Assembly: GCA_002269645.1 (NCBI GenBank)
Contig: NIVC01001036.1
Location: forward strand, 248,001-312,000
Reading direction: 5' to 3'
DNA: 64,000 bases
Origin: Macrostomum lignano
Lineage: Eukaryota
The notes beneath the pieces are model-generated. The model saw nothing but the letters and a program-made list of their open reading frames with translations, did not search any database and was not told the DNA's origin. A program made the translations under genes and the position numbers. This document shows, one piece after another, positions 1-13,109 of this stretch. Position 1 is the stretch's first letter; each line of letters starts with the position of its first letter.

Positions 1-515
1 ACAAAGTTATGGGGAATATTAAGGCATGGAAGATTGTAAAGTCCGGAGAGGAAGCTTGGGAAAATATGAAATTTGGGGGGGGGCGCTTATAAAAAGTGCG
101 GCATCGATTGAATTTTAACTGTGCCTGGATGAGCAAATGCAATTATCAGCCATCTGTCAGCTTGAGTTTGCTCCAGCCTCATCACCGCATAATATATCAA
201 AGCTGAGGTTAAGCCTAAATGATAAAACCGATGTTACAGTCTACACTTGCTTTTTATTGTTGCATACAACACTATCTGGAGCTTTTAATGCGCCTGCCCC
301 AATTAAATATGCGAGCTACAGTTTAGGAATGTCCGATCCAAAAGCACAAACAGTGAACAGCAAATCTTATACCCTTCCCACGGTCTTAAGCCAAACAGGA
401 AATTTGCATGCACACTTGATGCAGACACATTAACGCGTTTGACTCTTGTGCTATGACCCCTGGTTCGATCCCACATCCATTTGGAGCTGTTGCACAAAAA
501 TTGACGGATGGGTTC

Positions 516-621
<106 letters not shown>

Positions 622-1619
622 TACCGCTGTCTGTGTGTTTAGCGGGACCAGAGTTTTGTTAATGCATTAGGTGGACCACCTAGTTTCCTTATAAAACCGG
701 TGTCTTCTGTCTCTACAGGAAAAGTTAGCGTGGGTTGTCTTTCAGTTTAGCCTGCAGATTAGCCATCTCGTGGAAACTGCATGTCACTTTCAACTGGGAT
801 AGCTGGACCAGCCCGGACCTGTTTTAGGTGGACCTTCAAAAAGACACCGTTTAGGTGGACCATCATTTATTTAGCAGAGTACTGCGATTATTATCGACCC
901 AGTACTGTTAAGCACGAGAAACAACACTAAAAGTCACGTGACAGAAGTCCCAAATACAAAATATGTAATTAAGTGCAAATAATGCATTCAGTTCTAGTTT
1001 GCTCCGGACTCAAGAACCATCATCCCCATTAAAAACTAATGAATCAAATGCAACTAATTTTTAGGCCGAGAAAAATAGTTACAAGTGCAAATTAACGGCC
1101 AAGCAAAAGTTTAAATAGCAAAAAGTCATATTTGTTTTTCACTAGAATAATGATAAACCTAAAGAAACACACTTAACGTCCCAAATATGTGCCAAAAGGC
1201 AAGTAGATTGACGACGATATAATTAATACATTAATTATATTAATAATGTAATATTGTAATAATGTAATTAATAATTCATTAAATACATTTGCCTAATAAA
1301 TTTCACGTATTGCAATAGAACAACTTTCCACTCAATTTTTGAAAAATGAAAAAAGTTTTAACGGACGGACAAGACATGTTACGACGGATAGCGGAATCAT
1401 CTCACAGAAAGCCACAAGCTGTCGCAGTCAATATCATCATAAACAAACTTTTGCGGTTGAGCACAAAAAAATCGTCTTCATTTTGCCGGAGTAGCTTGCG
1501 TCACTCGTCTGCATCAAAGCTGACTTGCCGTCTCCAGACTGGGCCTGTCAAATTTGGCATTTATACGAGAATTAAGGATTGACAGTTTACAACTGATATT
1601 CTACTGAGACTTTGAAACA

Positions 1620-2190
1620 GACTGGCATATTGGTGTCAGTACAGTCTGTAGGTTAGCTGGACCACCTAAACTTGAATTCCACCTCCCACCTGTGAGGCTC
1701 TAAAACAGACGGGATCAGTTGCGTCAGTGCAGTCTGTAGGTTAGCTGGACCTCCTGGACTTGAATTCCACCTCCCATCTGTGAGGCTCTTCAACAGACTG
1801 GCTCAGTTGCGTCAGTACAGTCTGTAGGTTAGCTGGACCACCTAAACTTGAATTCCACCTCCTATCTGTGAGGCTCTTCAACAGACTGGATCAGTTGCGT
1901 CAGTGCAGTCTGTAGGTTAGCTGGACCACCTAAACTTGAATTCCACCTCCTATCTGTGAGGCTCTTCAACAGACTGGATCAGTTGCGTCAGTGCAGTCTG
2001 TAGGTTAGCTGGACCTCCTAAACTTGAATTCCACCCCATCTGTGAGGCTCTAAAACAGACTGGCTCAGTTGCGTCAGTACAGTCTGTAGGTTAGCTGGAC
2101 CACCTAAACTTGAATTTCACCTCCTATCTGTGAGGCTCTTCAACAGACTGGCTCAGTTGCGTCAGTGCATTCTGTAGGTTAGCTGGACCA
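1620..2190. repeat. 88-bp tandem repeat, about 6.5 copies
   Basis: CAGTCTGTAGGTTAGCTGGACC recurs at 1642, 1730, 1818, 1906, 1994, 2080 and (variant) 2168. Confidence 0.92.
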
Positions 2191-3727
2191 GCTTAAGTTG
2201 TATGTGCACCGATTTGCTTACCTGGTAGATTTTGCTTTTTGGTCTGGCAGGAAAACATATTTCTGAAATTTCGATTGAGTAGGTTCTTATTGAGGCTCTT
2301 TACAAAAGTTTATTATTTTTTCATCCTAAATAACACTTCGTTTTGGTACTTACTGCAATTTCAATGCAATTTTTCAAAAACGTCGTCGAAAACATTTTTC
2401 ACTGGCTCCCAAGTATTGTTAGATCTAAAAGTCGTGTGTTGTTTTTATTAGCTACGTAGTAATCCAAAGGCTTGGTTTTACTAGATAATTAGAACGCGAG
2501 GAAGTCAATCTTTTAAATTGAATCTTTTCATTTTATGCTTACCTTAGGTATCCAGTCCACTTGATGTAACATCTGTTACTGTTGCACCTCTCTGGGACTC
2601 TGTGTTATTGGGATATCTCCTGCGAGACATTCGTGTCTTCTCGTGTATTGACTATTGACAGTTCAGTTGAATGTTTCAGTCTATCCGAGAAATTAGGTGG
2701 TCCATGTAAGCCTGTTTTAGCTAGACCAAAGGTTTTCACTTTTATAGCTCTGCCCCTCTCTGACTCGTTTAGTCGACGGACTGTCTGTCCCTTGGACTGC
2801 TCCTATTGGCTGGCATTCCCAGTAGGGGTGGTCCGATTTTTACCAACCTCTCCGAAATCAGTCCTTAACCAATGCAGCACTAGTCTGTGTGAATGTGCTG
2901 TGCGCTTTGAGTTTCGTTTACATGGACCTCAACAGACGATTTGATGTGCGTGCAACTGTGTTTAGTGGGACCCAGGGTAAACTAAAATAAAAAATATCAG
3001 ACCTTCGCTTTGAGCTTGGTTTGGTGCTTCCCCACCCCTAAACAGGGATCTGAGAGCAGAACCTTCTCCTCAAAGCCGAAACTCTCCACCAGGCTTATTT
3101 CTTATTGTGGTTCGACACTTTTATAAATATCAAATATCAAAAGGAATCTAAAAGAAGGAAAGTCGATAGGCCTATAGGATACAATATCCATTTAAACTAC
3201 TATCAGCAGCTAACGTGATAAAGGAACCGTCATTCGAATATTTTTCGGGCACAAAACCGTGGGAAGGCTATGAAGAAAGCTCAACAAAGCCGTGTGTGCC
3301 TAATTTAAGATCACGGAAATTAAATAGATTACTTTTTTGGCGTAAAAGATGTTGTAAAAAGGTAAATTGCCAACAGACTGAAACAGACTGAAACAGACTG
3401 AAACAGACTGCAACAGACAAATTCAGAAATTTTCATTGACAATTTTTGTTTAGCTGGACCTTTCAGACCCGGTTTAGGTGGACATCGCAAAAAGTCCATG
3501 TAAACTGAAATGCATTTTTTTCTGAGCATGAATGCCGATGAATGTTGCGCTTTGCGGCACTCATTCCTGACATCCATTGCTCTGTTTTGTGGTCCTTATA
3601 AACCACTCAACGTTGTCTGGAGCAAAAATATTCGGTGGTCCACCTACGCTGTCCACCTAAACCGAAAGGTCCAGCTAATGCGGCAACTGAACCGACGAAA
3701 GGTCCAAGTAAACACACAGACAGTAAC

Positions 3728-3990
<263 letters not shown>

Positions 3991-4797
3991 CACTAAGACA
4001 CTGTACACCCTGTGTGAGCGTGTGCATGAGTACAGGATACAGGAGTCAGCGGAATGCGCAGTTCAATTGCCTCAGCGCTGGTTTCTGGACGATGCCGCCG
4101 AAGGCGTTGCGCCAGGGTGGCCGCAAGCCTCCTGCGAATCTAGGCCTGTATAACTAAACACAGAGTGATGAATTATATATCAACCCTGCTGGTTGCAATC
4201 ACAATTAAAAAGGCGTTTAAAAAAGCATTTTAGAAAGCAATTTAGAGAAGAGTGAGCTATTATTTCAAAAATCTGCAATAGGAAGAGCAATTGTTTGAGT
4301 CGCGTGACAGCTGGCTGTTGAATCGCCCAAAATGATGCATTTGTCACTTGCCAGAGCCGGGTGCTCTCGTTGGCTTTCATATTTTCTAGTTAAAGAAGAC
4401 TCAAGGCTAAGGCTTAAAACCCTAACCTGTGTTTTGTACTAATAAGTGGACGATGCCATTCCGAATTTCTCCCTGTAGCTATTCATGTATCAGCTTGTCA
4501 ACCGTAGGAAGACAGCCAGACAGATAGACAGTGCGCATCAGTGCTTCTCTGTGCTCTGCTCTGTGTGGTCTCATTGATTTTTAGCATAATAGATTTTTTC
4601 CAACTCTTCCAAGATAGAAGGGCTAGGAGAGAGAGAGAGACAGAAATTGCTGAATGAATAGAAACTTATCTAATCAAGGCAGTTTCATTTTTTCTGTTCT
4701 ACAGAGGCATGCAAGAAAATTTAAGGTCAATAAAATATTATTGGAATGTAAAATACTGAGATTAGACTTGGGGTCATTAGTATATAGTTTATGAGTC

Positions 4798-4997
4798 AGG
4801 TGGCTGTGGAGTGAGGTGGATACGGAGTGAGGTGGCTGCGGAGTGAGGTGGCTGCGGAGTGAGGTGGCTGTGGAATGAGGTGGATACGGAGTGAGGTGGC
4901 TGTGGAATGAGATGGATACGGAGTGAGGTGGCTGCGGAATGAGGTGGCTGCGGAGTGAGGTGGCTGTGGAGTGAGGTGGCTTCGAAGTTGGGTGGCT
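4798..4997. repeat. 14-bp minisatellite (GGAGTGAGGTGGCT/GAT..)
   Basis: Tandem GGAGTGAGGTGG units; same family as 6147-6500. Confidence 0.9.
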
Positions 4998-5955
4998 TCG
5001 GTACAGAGGCTGTAAACTGTAAACTAAAGTCGGCGTACAGTTTTAAGCTTGGGAATTAAAATGCATGAAACAAATAAAAATACCAAAATCTAAATAAATA
5101 ACCTACCCAGCTAATAGATCCAAGTGACTAATCTTGCCGAACAAGCGATCTACATCTAATTCGATTTAGCCGCGCATGCGAGCTGGCGGATAGCATTAAA
5201 CTGCGAGGCGTCGGTGCGAATTATTAGTTAGCCGGCCATGATCGCGGGGAGAGAGGGAGAGGCCTGCTTTAATGGCAAAAACGGGGACAACTTTATCGAC
5301 TGTAGAATATTCGCTGCACACCGCTGAACCCTCCAAGTCCTGCCCCTCTGCATGCTGGCACCCGCCAACCCCAATACCTACAGCACTTGACCCAGACTGG
5401 GAAAATAGGCAGAAAAATCCTCGCGCCCCACTTGTTAGCCGGTGTTTTATGGCAGTAGAATGCGCCTTCAATTCGGCTTGATATTTGGCTACAGCAGAAC
5501 ACAGCGAATGTCCCTTATCAATTCGAAACTTGAATAGGATGATCTTAGCCAGATAGACACTGGCAGCTGTGTTCAACGTCGACTTCCGAAATAAATAAAT
5601 AGCAAAGTAAAGTACATCGTAAATATAGTTCAAGCCTAGCTAATGTTTATAACTCGAGTCTAATATTGATAAGACTGCATGTGTAAGCTCGCGGCAGTAT
5701 TTTTAGACGCAATTTCGGTAGGCTGGAAAATGCCATAGACAATTCAGCTATTCTTGCGCCAATTTAGGTAGCAGCATCTGATGCATAGAAACTCGCATAT
5801 TAGGAGAGACCCACCTTGTTGGCGCACCTCGAGGCCAAGTGCGAATTGCTCTATTTATTTTTATGAAGCTTTATCGGCCGAAATGTGCTGGCTAACTTAT
5901 TTGGTTGCATTTTTTTGAAGAGAAATTCCCCCTGCCCAGCCAAATCCCTGCTGCC

Positions 5956-6108
5956 ATGCGGCGAGGCCTTCTCCCGCCTGTTTCAAACAAGCGAGGACCG
6001 CCCGTAGGCTTGCAACAGCCTGATAATTGCTCTGCTTCTAATGGACCGGAGCTTGAATTCAGCGACGGCCAGCACATGGGCAACAACGTCAACAAGAATG
6101 ACACTTCG
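5956..6108 (+). CDS. Unknown protein, first identified coding exon (start uncertain)
   Basis: Open frame MRRGLLPPVSNKRGPP...NKNDTS ends at a consensus donor TCG|GTGAGT (6109), phase 0, compatible with the next exon. Confidence 0.55.
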
Positions 6109-6146
6109 GTGAGTTTTTATTAGCATTTCAAGATGGCTGCGAAGTT

Positions 6147-6500
6147 TTGGAGTGAGGTGGGTGCGGAGTGAGGTGGATACGGAGTGAGGTGGGTGCGGAG
6201 TGAGGTGGATGCGGAGTGAGGTGGATACGGAGTGAGGTGGATACGGAGTGAGGTGGGTGCGGAGTGAGGTGGATACGGAGTGAGGTGGGTGCGGAGTGAG
6301 GTGGATACGGAGTGAGGTGGCTGTGGAGTGAGGTGGCTGCGGAGTGAGGTGGCTACGGAGTGAGGTGGCTGTGGAGTGAGGTGGCTGCGGAGTGAGGTGG
6401 CTGCGGAGTGAGGTGGATCTGGAGTGAGGTGGATGTGGAGTGAGGAGGCTGTGGGAGTGAGGTGGATGTGGAGTGAGGAGGCTGTGGAGTGAGGTGGCTG
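6147..6500. repeat. 14-bp minisatellite in intron 1 of the unknown gene
   Basis: Tandem GGAGTGAGGTGG(A/C/G)T.C units. Confidence 0.92.
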
Positions 6501-6873
6501 GGTGAATCTAATCGAGAGGACACCGAAGTCTCATGCAGTAGACTTCTATGCTGAGAAACTGCCGCGTCAAAGAGCAAAGAGCTGATTTAATTCTTGCCTC
6601 CCCTGTTGCTGAAATTATTAGGCTACATAATAAAAATGATTTCAATATAAATGCAACTAAATGATATTCTGCCGATCGGAACGAAAAAGAGTTATGAATT
6701 TTTTGTCTATTCGATCCAATTAGGCAAAGTGTAGAGCAGAATTGAGATGAGCGATGAGCTGCTGCCCTGGCCGTGAAATGTTTGATCTAGGAGACAGATT
6801 TTTTTAGAGTAAATTAGCCCCATATCCAATCAGTTTTATCTTGAAATGAAAGCTTCCGCTTGGGTCATTTCAG

Positions 6874-6937
6874 GACATTGACGAGACGGAATCAGTGGAA
6901 TTGTGGAGCGGCTTCATTGAAGGCCAGGTCGAAGTTG
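6874..6937 (+). CDS. Unknown protein, exon 2
   Basis: Acceptor TTTCAG|GAC; DIDETESVELWSGFIEGQVEV plus 1 nt; donor G|GTGGGT; phase 0 to phase 1. Confidence 0.55.
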
Positions 6938-7014
6938 GTGGGTTTAAAGGCTTATATTTAGAAATTTTCTTACTGCAATTTAGCCCTACAACAATGTTTG
7001 AACTTTTCCTGCAG

Positions 7015-7100
7015 ATCTGGATGCAGTAAAGAGCGAAGTGTCGCGCAGAAGTGTCTACCAGAGGGCGTTTTTCATTGAGGATGACGATGAAGATGATCTG
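7015..7100 (+). CDS. Unknown protein, exon 3
   Basis: Acceptor TTTTCCTGCAG|AT; (D)LDAVKSEVSRRSVYQRAFFIEDDDEDDL; donor CTG|GTTCGT; phase 1 to phase 0. Confidence 0.6.
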
Positions 7101-7164
7101 GTTCGTTTTTGTAACTTTTTCTGCTCCAGAAATGTATATAGTTATCTGATATAAATGGGGACAA

Positions 7165-7850
7165 GACTGATTGGGACTCACCTGTATAGGAGACTGATTC
7201 ACCTGTATAGGAGACTGATTCACCTGTATAGGAGACTGATTCACCTGTCTAGGAGACTGATTCACCTGTCTAGGAGACTGATTCACCTGTCTAGGAGACT
7301 GATTCACCTGTCTAGGAGACTGATTCACCTAGCTAGGAGACTGATTCACCTAGCTAGGAGAATGACTCACCTGTCTAGGAGACTGATTAACCTGTCTAGG
7401 AGACTGATTAACCTGTCTAGGAGACTGATTCACCTGTCTAGAAGACTGATTCACCTGTCTAGGAGACTGATTAACCTGTCTAGGAAACCGATTCACCTGT
7501 ATAGGAGACTGATTCACCTGTCTAGGAGACTGATTCACCTAGCTAGGAGAATGACTCACCTGTCTAAGAGACTGATTCACCTGTCTAAAAGGCTGATTCA
7601 CCTGTCTAGGAGACTGATTCACCTGTCTAGGAGACTGATTCACCTAGCTAGGAGAATGACTCACCTGTCTAAGAGACTGATTCACCTGTCTAGGAGACTG
7701 ATTCACCTAGCTAGGAGAATGACTCACCTGTCTAGGAGACTGATTCACCTGTCTAGGAGACCGATTCACCTGTCTAGGAGACTGATTAACCTGTCTAGGA
7801 AACCGATTCACCTGTATAGGAGACTGATTCACCTGTCTAGGAGACTTTTA
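7165..7850. repeat. 21-bp minisatellite (AGGAGACTGATTCACCTGTCT) in intron 3 of the unknown gene
   Basis: About 32 tandem units; generates the RRLIHLS pseudo-ORF. Confidence 0.95.
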
Positions 7851-8272
7851 GTTTACCCGAACAAAAGGTACGAGTTAACTGGTTGAGTTAATATTTTTAA
7901 GAAGTTTTCAGAATCGATCTGGGCCACTAATATCCAAGGAGCGCAGTTCAGAGAGCGTAAAAATTTCAGCTATCGAGGTGTTGTTGGAACTTCAAAGCCG
8001 CCCGTTTACCTGTATAGTTGTTTATATTCGATAAATAGGGCAATTAAAAAGTTCGACAGCGCTAAAAACTGCGCACTCATTCAAAATTTTTGATCGTACT
8101 CCTCTGGAAACAGAAAAACTGTATATAACTAGTCTGGCTGTACTTTTAAACATTTGGAGAAGTTATAATACGCGAGGCTTACCGTGTCTTTTCGGATCAA
8201 CCAAGAGAAAGTAGAAATAATAAGATTATTTCCACACTTTTCGCTCACTCAACTCTACTCTTGTCGGATTAG

Positions 8273-8797
8273 TTTGAAGAAGTCGAACTGTCGGCCGTGC
8301 TCAGCACCTGCTTCATGGAGATGACGGAGGTGCACATGTCAACTGACCAGAACGACGGCTCGGAGATTATCGCCCCATCGCGCACTGATAAGCCCTTCTC
8401 GTGCTACATCTACGCAAGCATGGGTTGCCGCAGGCACTGGATGGCCAGCCTGGGTCATGTCTCCAGCGGGACAGAAGACGAGAAGGATGAGCTCACCTTC
8501 GATTGCCGCACCGCTGCCGCCGCCGCCGCCGCAGCAGCAGCAGCAAGCATATCAGCGTCAGAAACTAACTCAGTAACAACAACAATAGATGACACCAACA
8601 ACTGCCTGACGTTGTGGTTCAGCTATCAGCCAGACAGGGTGCCTGACCGAGAGCCTTCAACACTGCTGGTGTTTAAACTGGCGCGATTGGCCAATAATCT
8701 ACGCAGAATCATGTACAGCAGGTCATCGACTAGGAACAGGGGCTCAACTCTGTCAAAAACTAGCGAGAATAGAAGCGAAGATTCGCGGGATCTGTAA
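8273..8797 (+). CDS. Unknown protein, terminal exon
   Basis: Acceptor GATTAG|TTT in phase 0; 174 codons FEEVELSAVLSTCFMEM...poly-Ala...SEDSRDL-stop; GC-rich coding style like the other exons here. Confidence 0.65.
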   Translation, partial: FEEVELSAVLSTCFMEMTEVHMSTDQNDGSEIIAPSRTDKPFSCYIYASMGCRRHWMASLGHVSSGTEDEKDELTFDCRTAAAAAAAAAAASISASETNSVTTTIDDTNNCLTLWFSYQPDRVPDREPSTLLVFKLARLANNLRRIMYSRSSTRNRGSTLSKTSENRSEDSRDL

Positions 8798-8914
8798 ACT
8801 GGGTGCATATTTGGACTTCGATTTTGCCACGCTGAAAGCTATTCCAACAATCAGTTTGTATAGAGCTAATCAAAACGTTAAGATTTTATTATGAATGCCG
8901 CGAGACACAGACAC

Positions 8915-9290
8915 ACACCATGTCCATGCACTATCAACCCCCTTAACCTAACCACAACCCCACTCTATAGTATAGGCTCGATTCGGATTGGCTGCGCAAC
9001 TGACTTTCAAGCTAGCCACCCCACGCCATGTCCATGCACTATCAACCCCCTTAACCATGCCCGCAAACCCACTTTAGTATAGGCTCGATTCTGATTGGCT
9101 GCGCAACTGACTTTCAAGCTAGCCACCCCACGCCATGTCCATGCACTATCAACCCCCTTAACCTAACCACAACCCCACTCTATAGTATAGGCTCGATTCG
9201 GATTGGCTGTGCGACTGACCTTCAAGCCAGCCACCTCACGCCATGTTCATGCGCGAATAACCCCCCCCACTAACCATGTCCACAGCACCA
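8915..9290. repeat. About 108-bp tandem repeat, 3.5 copies
   Basis: CCATGTCCATGCACTATCAACCCCCTTAACC recurs at 8918, 9026, 9133 and (variant) 9241. Confidence 0.9.
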
Positions 9291-9689
9291 CTCTAGCAAA
9301 GGCATATATCACACCAGTTGCTCAGATATTTGCTGATCTGAATCTATGCAATGGATATCAATACAGACGTTAGTAACCACACCAATGTCGTAATAAACTT
9401 TTGTGTGGCAAACTCAAGTTCTCGCAAAAGTGCTTAGCCTGATCTCTACACTCCATGCTTGTTGCTTGCCTGTCTGCGACACTTTTACCACATCATTTTT
9501 CTCATTTACTCGCTTTTTTGCATTATAAATATAAAGCAATAGCACATTTGGGTCATATTTCATTTTGGCAAAACATTTTTTCTCTCGCACAGCAGTGACT
9601 GCTGACGTTAATCTTAAAGTGCGCTTTTTAACAGCTTTTTCTAAAACGAAGATTTAAATCAAACCAATAAAAAACAAAGAAAAGCTGTT

Positions 9690-10200
9690 CTTGGCCATCT
9701 ATAAGCAGTCTGCATTGAGCTCTTGGCCACTTGAGCAGTCTGGTTGAGCTCTTGGCCATCTGAGCAAACTGCATTGAGTTCTTAGCCATCTGAGCAGTAT
9801 GAATTGAGCTCTTGGTTATCTGAGCAGTATGAATTGAGCTCTTGGTTATCTGAGCAGTATGAATTGAGCTCTTGGTTATCTGAGCAGTATGAATTGAGCT
9901 CTTGGTTATCTGAGCAGTATGAATTGAGCTCTTGGTTATCTGAGCAGTATGAATTGAGCTCTTGGTTATCTGAGCAGTATGAATTGAGCTCTTGGTTATC
10001 TGAGCAGTATGAATTGAGCTCTTGGTTATCTGAGCAGTATGAATTGAGCTCTTGGTTATCTGAGCAGTATGAATTGAGCTCTTGGTTATCTGAGCAGTAT
10101 GAATTGAGCTCTTGGTTATCTGAGCAGTATGAATTGAGCTCTTGGTTATCTGAGCAGTATGAATTGAGCTCTTGGTCATCTGAGCAATCTGCATTGAGCA
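9690..10200. repeat. 30-bp minisatellite (TGAGCAGTATGAATTGAGCTCTTGGTTATC)
   Basis: About 13 perfect units plus degenerate flanking units. Confidence 0.96.
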
Positions 10201-10879
10201 CTGTACCAGTTAAGCAATAACTGTTACAATATGCCTGTCACATTAAAAAGACTAAGCCACAAGATTAAAATACCAAATAATATTTGATAGATTTGCAATC
10301 GACAACACAACCAAACAATACTAAATGTTCTACACATCAAGATCCAACCAATTCTAAAAAAAATTTTTATCGGAAAAAAGCTTCTATTGAGAGTATTCAA
10401 AACCTCATATCAGCAATGCTAGAAGCAGGACAAGTGCTTTATAAGCCAATATAAGAAAACTATTTCATATGAGGTCGTTTGCTGCGTTCTATCCGACCAT
10501 ACATTTTTAGCGGGTAGAATTAACTAAAAAAGCAAAACTACTCTAACGCATAGTTTTGTAAAGCCAAATACAAATAAAAATATTTCAAAGTATATTCTAT
10601 CTATAAAAGCTAAAATGCACTTGCTAAATTATAGCTACGAGTATGGGGCAAAGTTGAAATTGATCAAAATGGTGCCAACCAAACAGCTAAATCAAAACAG
10701 TGTTGTAGATAAACTATTTGAATGATACAAAAACATTTTGCGTGAAATAATTATTAAAGAAAAATATCACATTTCAATGGGCTCAACACATCTGACAGTG
10801 GGTACAGAACACTTGACACCTGACACAAGAGGCTGGACAATGGGCATAGTACACCTGACATTAAACACAGCACATAGGA

Positions 10880-12215
10880 AAAGACACAACGGGTTGGAAA
10901 CAACAGGCCAGACACAGTAGGCAAGACACAGTAGGCCAGACACAACAGGCCAGACAAAGTAGATCAGACACAGTAGGCCAGACACAACAGGCCAGACAAA
11001 GTAGACCAGACACAGTAGGCCAGACACAACAGGCCAGACAAAGTAGACCAGACAAAGTAGACCAGACACAAAAGGCCAGACACAACAGGCCAGACAAAGT
11101 AGACCAGACACAGTAGGCCAGACACAACAGGCCAAAGATAATAGGCCAGACAAAGTAGACCAGACACAATAGGCCAGACACAACAGGCCAGAGATAATAG
11201 GCCAGGCCAGACACAGTAGACCAGACACATTAGGCCGGACAAAACAGGCCAGACACAGTAGACCAGACACAGTAGGCCGGCCAAAACAGGCCAGACACAA
11301 CAGGCCAGACACAACAGGCCAGACAAAGTAGATCAGACACAGTAGGCCAGACACAACAGGCCAGACAAAGTAGACCAGACACAGTAGGCCAGACACAACA
11401 GGCCAGACAAAGTAGACCAGACAAAGTAGACCAGACACAAAAGGCCAGACACAACAGGCCAGACAAAGTAGACCAGACACAGTAGGCCAGACACAACAGG
11501 CCAAAGATAATAGGCCAGACAAAGTAGACCAGACACAATAGGCCAGACACAACAGGCCAGAGATAATAGGCCAGGCCAGACACAGTAGACCAGACACATT
11601 AGGCCGGACAAAACAGGCCAGACACAGTAGACCAGACACAGTAGGCCGGCCAAAACAGGCCAGACACAACAGGCCAGACACAACAGGCCAGACAAAACAG
11701 ACAAGACACAACAAGACAGACACAACAGACCAGACACAACAGACCAGACACAACAGGCCAGACACAACAGGCCAGACACAACAGGCCAGACAAAACAGAC
11801 AAGACACAACAGGCCAGACACAACAGACCAGAGATAATAGGCCAGACACAGTAGACCATACACAGTAGGCCGGACACAACAGGCCAGACACAACAGGCCA
11901 GACACAACAGTCCAGACACAACAGACCAGACAAAACAGGCCAGACACAACAGACAAGACACAACAGGCCAGACAAAACAGACAGGACACAGTAGGCCAGA
12001 CACAACAGTCCAGACACAACAGACCAGACAAAACAGACAGGACACAGTAGGCCAGACACAACAGTCCAGACACAACAGACCAGACAAAACAGACAAGACA
12101 CAGTAGGCCAGACAAAACAGACCAGACACAACAGACAAGACACAACAGGCCAGACACAACAGACAGGACACAACAGGCCAAACACAACAGACCAGACACA
12201 ACAGGCCAGACACAA
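10880..12215. repeat. Complex CAGGCCAGACACAA-type minisatellite with a 369-bp higher-order duplication
   Basis: Variable short units. The ORF track gives identical 117-aa peptides at 10861-11214 and 11230-11583 (offset 369). Confidence 0.92.
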
Positions 12216-13109
12216 GAAACCAATCATTGCGATTCTGCACGCCACTCAACCCTAGAAAGACGCCAAGTGAAAAAAACTGCTTATTAAAAAATCAAATAAA
12301 AAATCGCAATGAAAATGATGGCGCCAAACAGTTGCTAGGCAAGTTTCAGCCTGTGAAAACTGATTGTAGGCTGCGAAAAAAAAGCGTGCATAAAAGACAT
12401 ATGGCTCCTAGATGGAGAAAAAATCCGCTTACAACAGCTAGTGGGCGATTCAGATTAAAATATTAAGAAGCCCGCCCCCGTTCAATCAGGCGAAAATACT
12501 GGGATAGCCCCAGGTGCGCGGCTCGACCAATTAAATCAAATTTTCTACCTAGAAAAAATTGACAAAATTGAGCTAGAAATTTTGCTGGCCTAGCCTAAAG
12601 CTTAGCTTTCTGTTTTTTCTTTTAAAAGCAGAAATTCCATTAAGTAGACAGGGACAAATCTCATATATGAAACACTAGATAGGCCACTTCCTCAGCATAA
12701 TCCGTATAATCATTGGTTCAGAGCTTTTGTCTATGGCCCAAACCGATAGATCCAATGTGTCATTGCAATTAGCACTCAATTGCCCCCAGAACAAGCATAG
12801 CATAGGTAATAACTAGTGGCCTATCTAATGTTGGGTTGAATCTAAACTATAAGTCTGCGGTGAGTATTAAAACACAATAAATAATACAAAGTGATAAATT
12901 AAGTGTCAACAGAGACTCTAAACTGCCTTATTGAGCATGAGTACAGTTCACAGTGGCTAGGCCGGCGGTCTGAGCGAATACTCTTGCATTATTCTATCCA
13001 GACTTTGTCGGGAACCTGAAATGATTCAAATTGGAATAGAATTGGAAACACAATATTATTAAACACTTGCGCTGTAAGCATATGAGATCCACAACTAAGT
13101 AAGATTGTA

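Noticed and set aside
10754-12249. Cys/Leu/Val-rich ORFs up to 492 aa that look like membrane proteins
   Set aside because: Translations of a minisatellite; all frames give similar periodic peptides.
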